This document shows positions 10,923 through 19,561 of a stretch of 64,000 bases of DNA, piece after piece (within the stretch, counting starts at the first letter, position 1; every line of letters starts with the position of its first letter). The notes under the pieces were generated by a model, which made no database searches, was not told the DNA's origin, and saw only the letters and a program-made list of their open reading frames with translations. The translations under genes were made by a program, and so were the position numbers. The DNA lies in NCBI GenBank assembly GCA_047150005.1, contig AP038806.1, positions 128,001 through 192,000 on the forward strand, given 5' to 3'. This DNA comes from Nitrospira sp. GTDB lineage: Bacteria > Nitrospirota > Nitrospiria > Nitrospirales > Nitrospiraceae.

Positions 10923-11114
10923 ATGCAAACACCCGTGACACAGCCAAGCCCCAAAACGATCTCACGGACGATTCCGGTTCGGTTCCGTGAGATTGATCTA
11001 GCGGCGTTGGAAGCCGTGATGACCGACTTGAATGTCTCTCAGGCCGAGGCAATTCGTATTTCGGTGCATGCGATGGCGAACAAATTGTCAAAGGAAACGG
11101 ATACGGAAGCATGA
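10923..11114 (+). CDS. Ribbon-helix-helix (CopG-like) protein
   Basis: TIPVRF..D...LE......NVSQAEAIR pattern; stop overlaps next ATG. Confidence 0.65.
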   Translation: MQTPVTQPSPKTISRTIPVRFREIDLAALEAVMTDLNVSQAEAIRISVHAMANKLSKETDTEA

Positions 11115-11617
11115 CGGTATCCGATTTCCTCAGCCGACTTGAGAGCGTCCGGTCACGCGGCACCGGTAAGTGGTCTGCTCGGTGTCCGGCCCATCCCGAC
11201 AAGAATCCGTCCCTCTCCGTCGTAGAGGGTGAACGCGGCCTGTTGGTCCGGTGCTGGGCCGGCTGTTCTGTTCAGAGCGTGTGCGGGGCGTTGGGCATCG
11301 CTGTCTCCGATCTGTTCTATGACAACAAGGAGAACCGGCGTCGGCTCACGCAACGAACACCGCGACCGAATCTTGGCACCATCGTGTTTCGCTTCCGTCT
11401 CCATGCCGCTTGTCTGGCGATCCGAGCTGAAGAAACCCTCACGGCTGCCCAGAGACTCGATTGCTCCAACTGGAGCGATGACGATTTTGAGCGGGCGCTG
11501 ACGGGCGTCAGCCGTGCGTATGAGGATTGGACCAGAGCGGACCTGCTCGAAGATGTGGCCTATCGGTTGCGGAAACGGTTGCTGGAGCGCGAACGGATGA
11601 GGACCCATGCAGCCTGA
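11111..11617 (+). CDS. Primase-type zinc-binding domain protein
   Basis: WSARCPAHPDKNPSLSV...LLVRCWAGC (CHC2-like). Confidence 0.8.
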   Translation: MTVSDFLSRLESVRSRGTGKWSARCPAHPDKNPSLSVVEGERGLLVRCWAGCSVQSVCGALGIAVSDLFYDNKENRRRLTQRTPRPNLGTIVFRFRLHAACLAIRAEETLTAAQRLDCSNWSDDDFERALTGVSRAYEDWTRADLLEDVAYRLRKRLLERERMRTHAA

Positions 11618-12785
11618 GGCTCAACGGATACTGGATTCGTCCTACAAACCACTCGATGCCCAGATGACGGCTGAGCTGTCTCAAAAAGACCACAAAACGG
11701 ATTCTCTTTCATGTCCTCCCCCTATAAATGGGGGCCTGCATGAATCACAAATTTCCGGGAGGGGGGATGCTTTCCCTTTCATGCATCCCCCTTCTCTTAT
11801 AGGACATGAAACGAATTTTCATCCCCTGGCGGCCTCGACCTTCCTGACGGAGCCGGACGAGGCGATGGACTGGGTGCTGGAGGATTACTGTCCGTCCGGC
11901 GGGGTCGTTCTCGTGGCGGGCAAACCTAAAGAGGGAAAGAGCACCCTGGTCTATGAGTTGGTCGTCAAGGTGATGAAAGGACAGCCCTTCCTAGGGCGGG
12001 CCACCACGCCGGGCGGCGTCTTGATCTTGGCGCTCGAAGAGCATCGCCGTGATGTCCGGATGCGCCTCGCAGGGCTGGGGGTGGTGCCGTCCGATCCGGT
12101 CTATGTGCATGTCGGCCCGCTGACGCCATCCCGCAAGGTGTTCGATGAGCTGAAGGCCTTCATTACGGAGCGCAAGATTGTGCTCGTGCTCGTCGATACC
12201 CTGGCTGCCTTCTGGCGGATCGACGATGAGAATGATGCGGCGGCGGTCACGAAAGCCGTGAAGCCGATTCTGGAGCTGGCCCGCGAAAGCAAAGCCTGCG
12301 TCATCTTGATCCATCACGCGCGGAAATCCGATGGCAGTTATGGTGATGAGATTCGGGGAAGTGGTGCCTTGTTCGCCTTGGCCGATGTCGCCTTGATACT
12401 CAAACGACACGAAGTCGAGAATCAGCGGAAACTGATCGGGGTCAGCCGGTACCCGGAGACACCAACCGACATGATTCTCGAACTGCGAGAGACGGGATAC
12501 GTCGCGCTCGGGGACCCGTGCCTGGTCAACAAGAGCGCACGGAAGGCCAAGCTCAAGGCGGCTCTGGGTCAGATACCGGAAGAGGCCGCGACGATTATCA
12601 AGCGTGCCGGTCTGTCAGTGCGCGACGGGCAGCGGTTGCTCGCTGATCTGACCAAGACCGGCGAGGCCGTCCGAGAAGGGCAAGGGAAGAAAGGAAGTCC
12701 ATTCCTCTATCGCGCCATTCCGTTTCATGCAACCCCCTCATCCCCCTGCATGAATGGCATTGAGGTGGTACCCGATGAAAGTTGA
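11607..12785 (+). CDS. AAA_25/RepA-like replicative helicase
   Basis: Walker A AGKPKEGKS, LALEE, Walker B VLVDTL, IHHARK, RGSGAL. Confidence 0.88.
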   Translation: MQPEAQRILDSSYKPLDAQMTAELSQKDHKTDSLSCPPPINGGLHESQISGRGDAFPFMHPPSLIGHETNFHPLAASTFLTEPDEAMDWVLEDYCPSGGVVLVAGKPKEGKSTLVYELVVKVMKGQPFLGRATTPGGVLILALEEHRRDVRMRLAGLGVVPSDPVYVHVGPLTPSRKVFDELKAFITERKIVLVLVDTLAAFWRIDDENDAAAVTKAVKPILELARESKACVILIHHARKSDGSYGDEIRGSGALFALADVALILKRHEVENQRKLIGVSRYPETPTDMILELRETGYVALGDPCLVNKSARKAKLKAALGQIPEEAATIIKRAGLSVRDGQRLLADLTKTGEAVREGQGKKGSPFLYRAIPFHATPSSPCMNGIEVVPDES

Positions 12786-13173
12786 AGCAGTCGGCACCCC
12801 CTTCATCTATCGTTGGCCTGGCGGCGAAGTCCGATTGGAACCAGGACAGCCGGTCGACCTGCCGCCGGACAGGGCCGCCAAGCTGTTGGCACGGGCCGGC
12901 GGGCGGGTTCGGCTGGTGAATGTGCCAGACCCCATCGTCATGGAGTCAGCTTCAACCACGGCCAAGCCGATCTATTGGGAGCAAGCAGACGGTCGGATCG
13001 TCGGCCCTGCGACGCCGGAGTTCTTGGCAATGTCCGGCAGCGGACCAGCGACCGTGTTTTGGGTGGTCGCCACGGTGAATGGCCAGGGTTACTGGATTCG
13101 GGCTGATCGTCTGCGATCACGGGCCCAGTATGAGCGGCACGGGATGAGGAAGGCGGCACCATGTCGGTCATAA
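12775..13173 (+). CDS. Hypothetical protein
   Basis: GAGGTGG RBS, overlaps helicase stop, in operon. Confidence 0.6.
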   Translation: MKVEAVGTPFIYRWPGGEVRLEPGQPVDLPPDRAAKLLARAGGRVRLVNVPDPIVMESASTTAKPIYWEQADGRIVGPATPEFLAMSGSGPATVFWVVATVNGQGYWIRADRLRSRAQYERHGMRKAAPCRS

Positions 13174-13280
13174 CGGTGCTCGGCGTGATGTTCGTCTTCG
13201 AGGCGGTCGTACTATGGATCACGTGGCGAGGAGTCCGGTCGATACAGCGGGATCGCGCCATACAGGAGGCGAACACATGA
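13161..13280 (+). CDS. 39-aa single-pass membrane peptide (below ORF-track cutoff)
   Basis: MSVITVLGVMFVFEAVVLWITWRGVRSIQRDRAIQEANT; overlaps upstream stop, ATGA-coupled to next ORF. Confidence 0.55.
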   Translation: MSVITVLGVMFVFEAVVLWITWRGVRSIQRDRAIQEANT

Positions 13281-13468
13281 AGAAGCGGACTGCGCCGGTA
13301 CCCCCTCCGATCTCCGACGAGGATCTGCATGCCCTGCTTCGGGATCTGGACGCGAATACCAAGCGGATTACAGAGAAATTTGGGCTGCAGATTCCAACCG
13401 ATGAACCCGAACAGGAACAACCTGGACCTGAACAGCAACAGAAAGAGGTGAAGATATGGGGCATGTGA
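13277..13468 (+). CDS. Hypothetical small protein
   Basis: AGGAGG RBS, ATGA overlap. Confidence 0.6.
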   Translation: MKKRTAPVPPPISDEDLHALLRDLDANTKRITEKFGLQIPTDEPEQEQPGPEQQQKEVKIWGM

Positions 13469-13773
13469 GCAGCGACACCACAAAATATTTAGCTCGAAAG
13501 ATTCAGCAGACCACGGCCACCATTGAGGAACTGAAGCGAGCACAGGAGCGATTTCAAGACGCGCAGGCGGTGGAACAATTGCGGAGCGAACTCCTGCGAC
13601 TCTGGACGTTGAAACGTTACCAGCTCATCAAACGCGGTGATGTGCCGCATTCCGTGACGGTGCGACTCGGCGAACTCATCAAGATGCTGAATCGCGCCAC
13701 CTCGTTTCGGGACCACCAGACCATCATTGAAGGACTCACGCGGCTGGTGGCGCCGTATACGAAGACGGCGTGA
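13456..13773 (+). CDS. Hypothetical helical protein upstream of capsid gene
   Basis: GAGGTG RBS, overlap with previous ORF. Confidence 0.6.
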   Translation: MGHVSSDTTKYLARKIQQTTATIEELKRAQERFQDAQAVEQLRSELLRLWTLKRYQLIKRGDVPHSVTVRLGELIKMLNRATSFRDHQTIIEGLTRLVAPYTKTA

Positions 13774-13809
13774 CGACGAACACCCTTAACCGACAAAGGA
13801 GTCTGACCC

Positions 13810-14838
13810 ATGAATGGCTTGATTGAGAGTGCCAAGGATCACGTCTTGAACCTGCGGATCAAAGCGGAAGAACGCGGTCGGGCCGGCGGCGCCGATGCCA
13901 CCCAGGATGCCCTGCACCTGTCCCTCGAAGCGGATCGCATGGCGGAAAGGATCGGGGACTTGGAAGCGATCACCGAGTACATCCGCTGTGGCAAGGAATC
14001 GAAAGCGTTACAAACGGGGACGGGGCCACAAGGCGGCTATGCCGTTCCGACCGTTCTGTCTGGAGACGTTCTGCTCAAGCCGTCAGGTGCCACGATTGGA
14101 CAACTGTGCACCCACCGCACACTGACGAAGGGGGATGGGTATCCGCTTCCCACAATTCCGGCAGGCCCCACGGTCGGCTTCTACGACGAGGACGAGGACT
14201 ATGCCGATGATGGAACGTTTCGTCTTGCCAGTGAGGTGATTCCCATACGCAACCTGGGCACACGGATTCCGGTGTCCAGTCACGAGCTGGGTTCGGTGGC
14301 TGAAGATTTCACCCAGTGGCTGACTGACACTGCGGCCCCGGCTTTTGACGAAAAGCTTGATGAACAAATCATCATCGGTGATGGGATCAAATCGTTGGAA
14401 GGCGCCTTAGTGGCCAAGGGTGTCTCGGAGGTCCCGTCCGGCAACGCCTCGACGCTGACCGCAGACGGCATTAGAAAACTGTTCTTCGGCCTGAAGGCCC
14501 CCTACCGGCTCAACGCCACGTGGGCGATGAACTCCCAGACGGCTGAACTCGTGCGGGGACTCAAAGACACGAGCGGGATGCCGATCTACAACGAATCGCA
14601 AGACACCATCTTTCGCCGTCCCATTGCAATCAATGAATCCATGCCGGACGTGGCGGCGGGGTCCTCTCCGATCATTGTGGGAGACTGGCGCTTCTATTGG
14701 ATCGTCACGCGCATGGCGCTGTCGGTGTTCCGCAATCCCTACAAGCGGAAGCCGTTGGTGCTGTTCGATCTGACCAAGCGCGTCGGGGGCCAAGTGGTCT
14801 TCGCTGACGCCTTTGCGAAACAGAAAGTCTCAACCTAA
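13810..14838 (+). CDS. HK97-family major capsid protein
   Basis: AAGGAG RBS; KAL.TG...GGYAVP, IIGDG, WAMN....LKDTSG, I.VGDW..Y, KRVGG. Confidence 0.92.
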   Translation: MNGLIESAKDHVLNLRIKAEERGRAGGADATQDALHLSLEADRMAERIGDLEAITEYIRCGKESKALQTGTGPQGGYAVPTVLSGDVLLKPSGATIGQLCTHRTLTKGDGYPLPTIPAGPTVGFYDEDEDYADDGTFRLASEVIPIRNLGTRIPVSSHELGSVAEDFTQWLTDTAAPAFDEKLDEQIIIGDGIKSLEGALVAKGVSEVPSGNASTLTADGIRKLFFGLKAPYRLNATWAMNSQTAELVRGLKDTSGMPIYNESQDTIFRRPIAINESMPDVAAGSSPIIVGDWRFYWIVTRMALSVFRNPYKRKPLVLFDLTKRVGGQVVFADAFAKQKVST

Positions 14839-14845
14839 CCACATC

Positions 14846-16378
14846 ATGACAAACACGCGAACGGGTTCAACCTCCTCGTCCACCGCTGGCACTGCCAGGG
14901 GCGTCCTCCAAACGGACCCGTTCGCGCTTTTTGACAAGATGTTCTGGATCGATGGCCGACCGTTATGGAAGGTGTTGGAACCCTACCGGAGGAAGATTCT
15001 CAAGGAGGCGCTGTTCACGTTGCGCCCAGACGGATCACCACAGTACCGGCGGGTCCTCACAGGGAGAGCCAAGAAGAACAGCAAGACGACCGATGGGGTC
15101 TTGGCGGCAATCTACAAATGCATGCTCTGGAAGGCCGCCGGCGGCCGGGAGAACCAAGTCTATCTCGTCGCCAGCGATCTGGCACAAGCGAACGACGATC
15201 TGGAGCTGTGCAAGCTCCTCATCAAACGGAATCCCCTCCTCGATGAACGGCTGAGGCTCAAAAGCAACGTCGTCGAACGGAAAGACGGCGGCGGGTTTAT
15301 TGAAATCCTTCCGGCGGGCGATGCGGCCGGCCTACACGGGAAAACCTATCTCTTCCTGGTGGTCGATGAGCTGCACACGCAGAAGGACTATCGGCTGCTT
15401 GAAGCTCTCGAAATCGATCGGACGAGACCGGACGCGGTGCAATGGTTCTGCTCCTATGCGTCGCTCTATCGGCAGGCCGGGGTTCCCTTGAATGATCTCC
15501 TGCGGCAGCACGAGAAGGGCACCGATCCGCGCCTCTACGTGTCCTGGTACAGCGGGACGGTCGACGAGGCCAACCCCTCACTCAACGGACCGCTCGGGCC
15601 AACGATGGCAGATATTGAGGATGCCCAACGCGCCCTCCCCTCGTGGATCTTCCGCCGACTCTACCTGAATCTGCCCGGTCAACCGGATGGCGCCGCGCTC
15701 ACGGCGGAGAAGGTCGAGGACGCCGTGGTCAAGGGTCGGACGGTCCTCCCGCCTCAACCGGGGATCGCTTACAGCGCCTTCACCGACATGTCGGGCGGCG
15801 GGGCCGACGATGCGACGTTAGCGATCGCCCATCTGACCGATGAGGGACAGGTGGCCATTGATCTTCTTCTGGACCAAGGCCCCCGCAACCAGAACGGCAT
15901 CTTTGATCCCAACCAGGCCACGCGCCGGTTCGCCGACGCGATGAAGCAGTATGGCTGCCTCGTGGTCACGGGCGACCGGTACGCCGGCGAATGGCCACGC
16001 AAAGCTTTTGAAGCCCACGGCATCCACTACGACATCGCCGAACAGAACCGCAGCCAGCTCTACGCCAACCTGGAACCGCTCCTGAACGCGGGGACGGTCC
16101 AGCTATTGGACGACGCCACGCTCCTTGCCCAGCTGATCGGCCTCATTCGCAAGGGGGAGAAGATTGATCACCCCTCGGGCGAACATGACGATCGCGCCAA
16201 TGCCGTCGCCGGGGCGACGGCCCTCTTGAAATCCGCCGGCCCCGTACCGCGTATCCGGGACTTCTTGACGGACGATGAGCGGCGCGCCTCTGCCATCATG
16301 GCGAGTCAGCGGGAGGCCAGGAGCTTTGCGGCCCGGACAGAGAACTGGAGCGCATTCATTCGAGGGCATGAACGATGA
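14846..16378 (+). CDS. Terminase large subunit
   Basis: GRAKKNSKT Walker A-like, VVDELH Walker B, nuclease DMSGGGADD and HDDRANAVAG. Confidence 0.85.
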   Translation: MTNTRTGSTSSSTAGTARGVLQTDPFALFDKMFWIDGRPLWKVLEPYRRKILKEALFTLRPDGSPQYRRVLTGRAKKNSKTTDGVLAAIYKCMLWKAAGGRENQVYLVASDLAQANDDLELCKLLIKRNPLLDERLRLKSNVVERKDGGGFIEILPAGDAAGLHGKTYLFLVVDELHTQKDYRLLEALEIDRTRPDAVQWFCSYASLYRQAGVPLNDLLRQHEKGTDPRLYVSWYSGTVDEANPSLNGPLGPTMADIEDAQRALPSWIFRRLYLNLPGQPDGAALTAEKVEDAVVKGRTVLPPQPGIAYSAFTDMSGGGADDATLAIAHLTDEGQVAIDLLLDQGPRNQNGIFDPNQATRRFADAMKQYGCLVVTGDRYAGEWPRKAFEAHGIHYDIAEQNRSQLYANLEPLLNAGTVQLLDDATLLAQLIGLIRKGEKIDHPSGEHDDRANAVAGATALLKSAGPVPRIRDFLTDDERRASAIMASQREARSFAARTENWSAFIRGHER

Positions 16379-16710
16379 CGGATCTTTCCATTCCGCTGAA
16401 TCTCGTTGAGCACGCCATTGCCTCCGCTGCGCCGGCGGACTGTCCGGCACTCCTGGGAGAATTGGAACGGCTCAAAGGACTGGCACACCTCCGGATGCTG
16501 GTGGGCCGAGGCCCGAGCGGCCCGGCTCCCCTCCCCCAGACTGACAGCCAGTATTTGACCGTGGCGCAGGTGGCCGACCGCTTCTGCGTGACGCCGAAGT
16601 GGTTGTATCGACACAAGAAGCAGATGCCGCACAGTCAGCCCTCCCGGAAGGTCTTGCTCTTTCCCGAACAGGCCGTTACAAAATGGTTTGCCAGCCGGAA
16701 AGGGCTTTGA
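16375..16710 (+). CDS. Excisionase/AlpA-like HTH protein
   Basis: YLTVAQVADRFCVTPKWLYR...LLFPEQAVTKW. Confidence 0.8.
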   Translation: MTDLSIPLNLVEHAIASAAPADCPALLGELERLKGLAHLRMLVGRGPSGPAPLPQTDSQYLTVAQVADRFCVTPKWLYRHKKQMPHSQPSRKVLLFPEQAVTKWFASRKGL

Positions 16711-16736
16711 CAGAGACTATAACTAAGTTATACAAT
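16707..16736 (+). promoter_or_regulatory. Promoter and palindromic operator for XRE-integrase
   Basis: TTGACA-18-TACAAT with perfect TATAACT-A-AGTTATA (16718-16732) in the spacer. Confidence 0.7.
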
Positions 16737-16959
16737 GGCCATGAAGGGTGCCGAACTCAAGAAGCTTCGAACGGTCCTCGGGATGACCCAGGCCGCACTG
16801 GCCACCGCTGTTGGCGTCACGACGAACGCCATTGCGATGGCCGAACGCGGAGAACGGGGCATCAGTGAACCATTAGCCCGGCTCGTGAAAATGCTGGTGC
16901 AGGTGCATACGGGTGAATTGGTGAGCAGGTCGAAATCGCCCAAGAGGAAAGCCCGATGA
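16735..16959 (+). CDS. XRE family HTH regulator
   Basis: LKKLR..LGMTQAALA..VGVT...I...ERGER.I. Confidence 0.88.
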   Translation: MAMKGAELKKLRTVLGMTQAALATAVGVTTNAIAMAERGERGISEPLARLVKMLVQVHTGELVSRSKSPKRKAR

Positions 16960-18230
16960 AACGGCGCGGCCTGGGCATGGTATATCAGCGGACACGGAAA
17001 GACCCGAAAACCGGCGACGTCACCATCTTGCCGGTTTGGTGGATTCAATATCACTGGCGCGGCAAGCGGTATCGAGAAACGTCAGGGTCCACAAATAAAA
17101 AGGATGCGATCAACCTCCTGAAAGCTCGTTTCGCCGAAATGGGGAAAGGACAACTGCGCGGCCCCGACCTGGAGAAGACGACGTTTGCCGACCTGGAGGG
17201 GATGATCAAGGATGACTACACAGTCAATCAGCGACGGTCCGCGAGGCGGCTGAATACCTCATTGAAACCACTCCGATCTGCATTTGACCATGCACGGGTG
17301 TGTGACATCACCCTTGACCGGCTGAACCGCTATGTGAGCAATCGCCTATCAGAGGGGATTGCCCCGGCCACGGTGAAGCTTGAGTTGACCCATCTCCATA
17401 AAGCCTTCTCGCTTGCGGAACGAGCCGGCAAGGCGGTATGTCCGCCCTTCCCGCAGATCAGCGTGCACAATGTCCGGAAGGGCTTCTTTGAACGGCCCGA
17501 CTTCGAAGCCGTCCGATCTCACTTGCCCGAGGACTTCCGCGGCCCAGCGACGTACGCCTATCTGACTGGCTGGCGGACACCAACCGAAGTGCTGACGCTG
17601 GGATGGCAGGTGAATATCGATTTTCCGGCTGGGGTCGTTCGCCTGGAGCCGGGCACGACCAAGAATGATGAAGGGCGGGTGTTTCCGTTTCACGTGCTGC
17701 CCGAGTTGGATCAGTTGATCCGCCGACAATGGGAACGAGCCATGCAACTCGAAATGGAGACCAGCCAGCGTGTCCCCACGGTCTTCTACTGGAACGACCG
17801 GGGCACGATCAAGCCGATCCATCCCAAGGTGTTCTACCGGCGATGGAAGACCGCGTGTACACGGGCGGGGGTTCCTGGCCGGATCCCGCATGACTTCCGC
17901 CGGACGGCGGTCCGGAACCTGGAGCGGGCCGGGGTGCCGCGATCGGTGGCCATGAAGTTAACCGGCCACAAAACGGAGGCGGTCTATCGCCGGTACGCGA
18001 TCGTGTCCGAAGCGGATTTGAGCGAGGGATTGAAGAAACTGGCGGCGCTGCAGGACCGGTGCGGCAGTCCCACCGAGTTTAGCCACACTTTGGCCACACT
18101 TTCAGAGGAAAACGTGCCAATTGCTGGGGAATATGTGGCGGAGGGGGCGAGATTTGAACTCGCGGACCCCTTGCGAGGTCTCCGGTTTTCAAGACCGGCA
18201 CGTTCGGCCGCTCCGTCACCCCTCCATTAG
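16956..18230 (+). CDS. Tyrosine integrase; C-terminus runs through att core antisense to tRNA
   Basis: TGWR, TTKN, HDFRR, TGHKT, YRRY catalytic motifs. Confidence 0.95.
   Translation: MKRRGLGMVYQRTRKDPKTGDVTILPVWWIQYHWRGKRYRETSGSTNKKDAINLLKARFAEMGKGQLRGPDLEKTTFADLEGMIKDDYTVNQRRSARRLNTSLKPLRSAFDHARVCDITLDRLNRYVSNRLSEGIAPATVKLELTHLHKAFSLAERAGKAVCPPFPQISVHNVRKGFFERPDFEAVRSHLPEDFRGPATYAYLTGWRTPTEVLTLGWQVNIDFPAGVVRLEPGTTKNDEGRVFPFHVLPELDQLIRRQWERAMQLEMETSQRVPTVFYWNDRGTIKPIHPKVFYRRWKTACTRAGVPGRIPHDFRRTAVRNLERAGVPRSVAMKLTGHKTEAVYRRYAIVSEADLSEGLKKLAALQDRCGSPTEFSHTLATLSEENVPIAGEYVAEGARFELADPLRGLRFSRPARSAAPSPLH
18136..18225 (-). tRNA. tRNA-Ser(TGA)
   Basis: GGAGGGG/CCCCTCC acceptor, GCCA end, anticodon loop CT-TGA-AA, long variable arm, GTTCAAATC T-loop. 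Confidence 0.96.
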
Positions 18231-18473
18231 GCACATTGTACGTGATTTCAATATGTTGGCAAGTTAGGCCGTTCTCGCTCTCGTCATGAGGGTGCGCCCA
18301 GGGTGCGGATTCGGCTTGAATTGAATGAGATTTCCCTCTCTCTCCGGCGTCATCATCGATCCGGTTGACCTAGCGTGGATGATCTCCTTCGAGCACGTGG
18401 GAGTATATATCGGGCGTGGCGCTGATGCCACTGGACCCAAGTTGCAGCTGAATGTATTTGACGTTTACACCCC

Positions 18474-18869
18474 CTATAACTTCTCCGGCTCCATGATAAC
18501 GCCATACTTGTCCGGGTCATGCTTCCACGCGCCTGAGGATATCAGGCCGAGGAAGGGGAATAGCAAAAAGCACCCGCCGACGATATCGACGATGCCAACG
18601 CCGCTCAGGGTGCGTGAGGTCGTGCGGTATTGGGTTTGATAGCCCTCTTTCCGAATTTCGATCAGCAGATTGTCCCCTCTATGCGCCTCGAACGAGAGCG
18701 GCGTTTGTCCAACGGCGTTCCCTCCAGCCAACACCTTCGCCCCTTCCGGGGAAGATGTAATCTGAATGGTCTGCATGGACGGCGCGAAGATTGAACAGCC
18801 GCTAAAGCTCACCATCACGAGGCATGCAATAAGCCGACGAGACCCACTCAACAAGTCCGTTCTTTTCAC
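18474..18869 (-). CDS. PEGA domain lipoprotein
   Basis: Lipobox FSGC, ITSSPEGAKV, GQTPL, KEGY. Confidence 0.8.
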   Translation of the reverse strand: MKRTDLLSGSRRLIACLVMVSFSGCSIFAPSMQTIQITSSPEGAKVLAGGNAVGQTPLSFEAHRGDNLLIEIRKEGYQTQYRTTSRTLSGVGIVDIVGGCFLLFPFLGLISSGAWKHDPDKYGVIMEPEKL

Positions 18870-19170
18870 TTTGACGACCTCCCGATAAAATCAACGATGA
18901 AGCCGATGAACAACATAAGCATGAAATGCAGAGGGGCGCTATACATTACTGTCCCCGTACCCATCCTGGTTCTTTTCAGTAGGGATTGCAATAAAACGGC
19001 AACTTGGCGAATGACGGGAGGCGTTTGAACGCCACCCACCGAATCAGTTCATGAGATTCAGCGGAGAAAGGGGTTCGGATGGCGCTCGACGAACCGGCTG
19101 AGACCAAGCCCGCGTGGTCAATGAACTCGCAACAGGCTCTCACAGTGTCTGGAATCCTACGAGCAGCGGC

Positions 19171-19557
19171 CTACCTGCCAACTAGTTCCCGTTGAGAGAG
19201 CTTCAGCGGAGTACCGCTCTTTCGTTCGGTTAGCCGAATCGCATCAATATCGGTAAGACCCGATACTATGACACGCGGTCTATTTGGAAACTCAGCGACA
19301 ATTGATAACTTGCCCCCCATGGCTTCTACAAAGCCCCTGAGGGTGGAAAGTAACAGGTCGGTCCGTTTTTCGAGACGCGACACACCATCCTGGCCGATAT
19401 GCAGAGTCTTGGCTATATTCGCTTGAGTGTATCTGAGTGCCTGCCTTAACTCACACAGAGACATTTCCTGGTCAATTAGTTCCTTCGCACGTGCTTCGAT
19501 TTTCCTGCGTCGCTCCGGACTAACTTTCCGTATTTTGTCATGGAGTGTCGTAGCCAT
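19171..19557 (-). CDS. HigA-like XRE antitoxin
   Basis: LCELRQ..RYTQ..IA..L.IGQ..VSRLEKRTDLLLSTLR..VEAMGG. Confidence 0.9.
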   Translation of the reverse strand: MATTLHDKIRKVSPERRRKIEARAKELIDQEMSLCELRQALRYTQANIAKTLHIGQDGVSRLEKRTDLLLSTLRGFVEAMGGKLSIVAEFPNRPRVIVSGLTDIDAIRLTERKSGTPLKLSQRELVGR

Positions 19558-19561
19558 GAGG

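Larger units (their letters stand above)
6368..18158. mobile_element. tRNA-Ser-integrated phage satellite-like element (~11.8 kb) encoding capsid and large terminase
   Basis: 23-bp att duplication, integrase next to tRNA, replication module, HK97 MCP, TerL; no portal or tail recognised. Confidence 0.88.
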
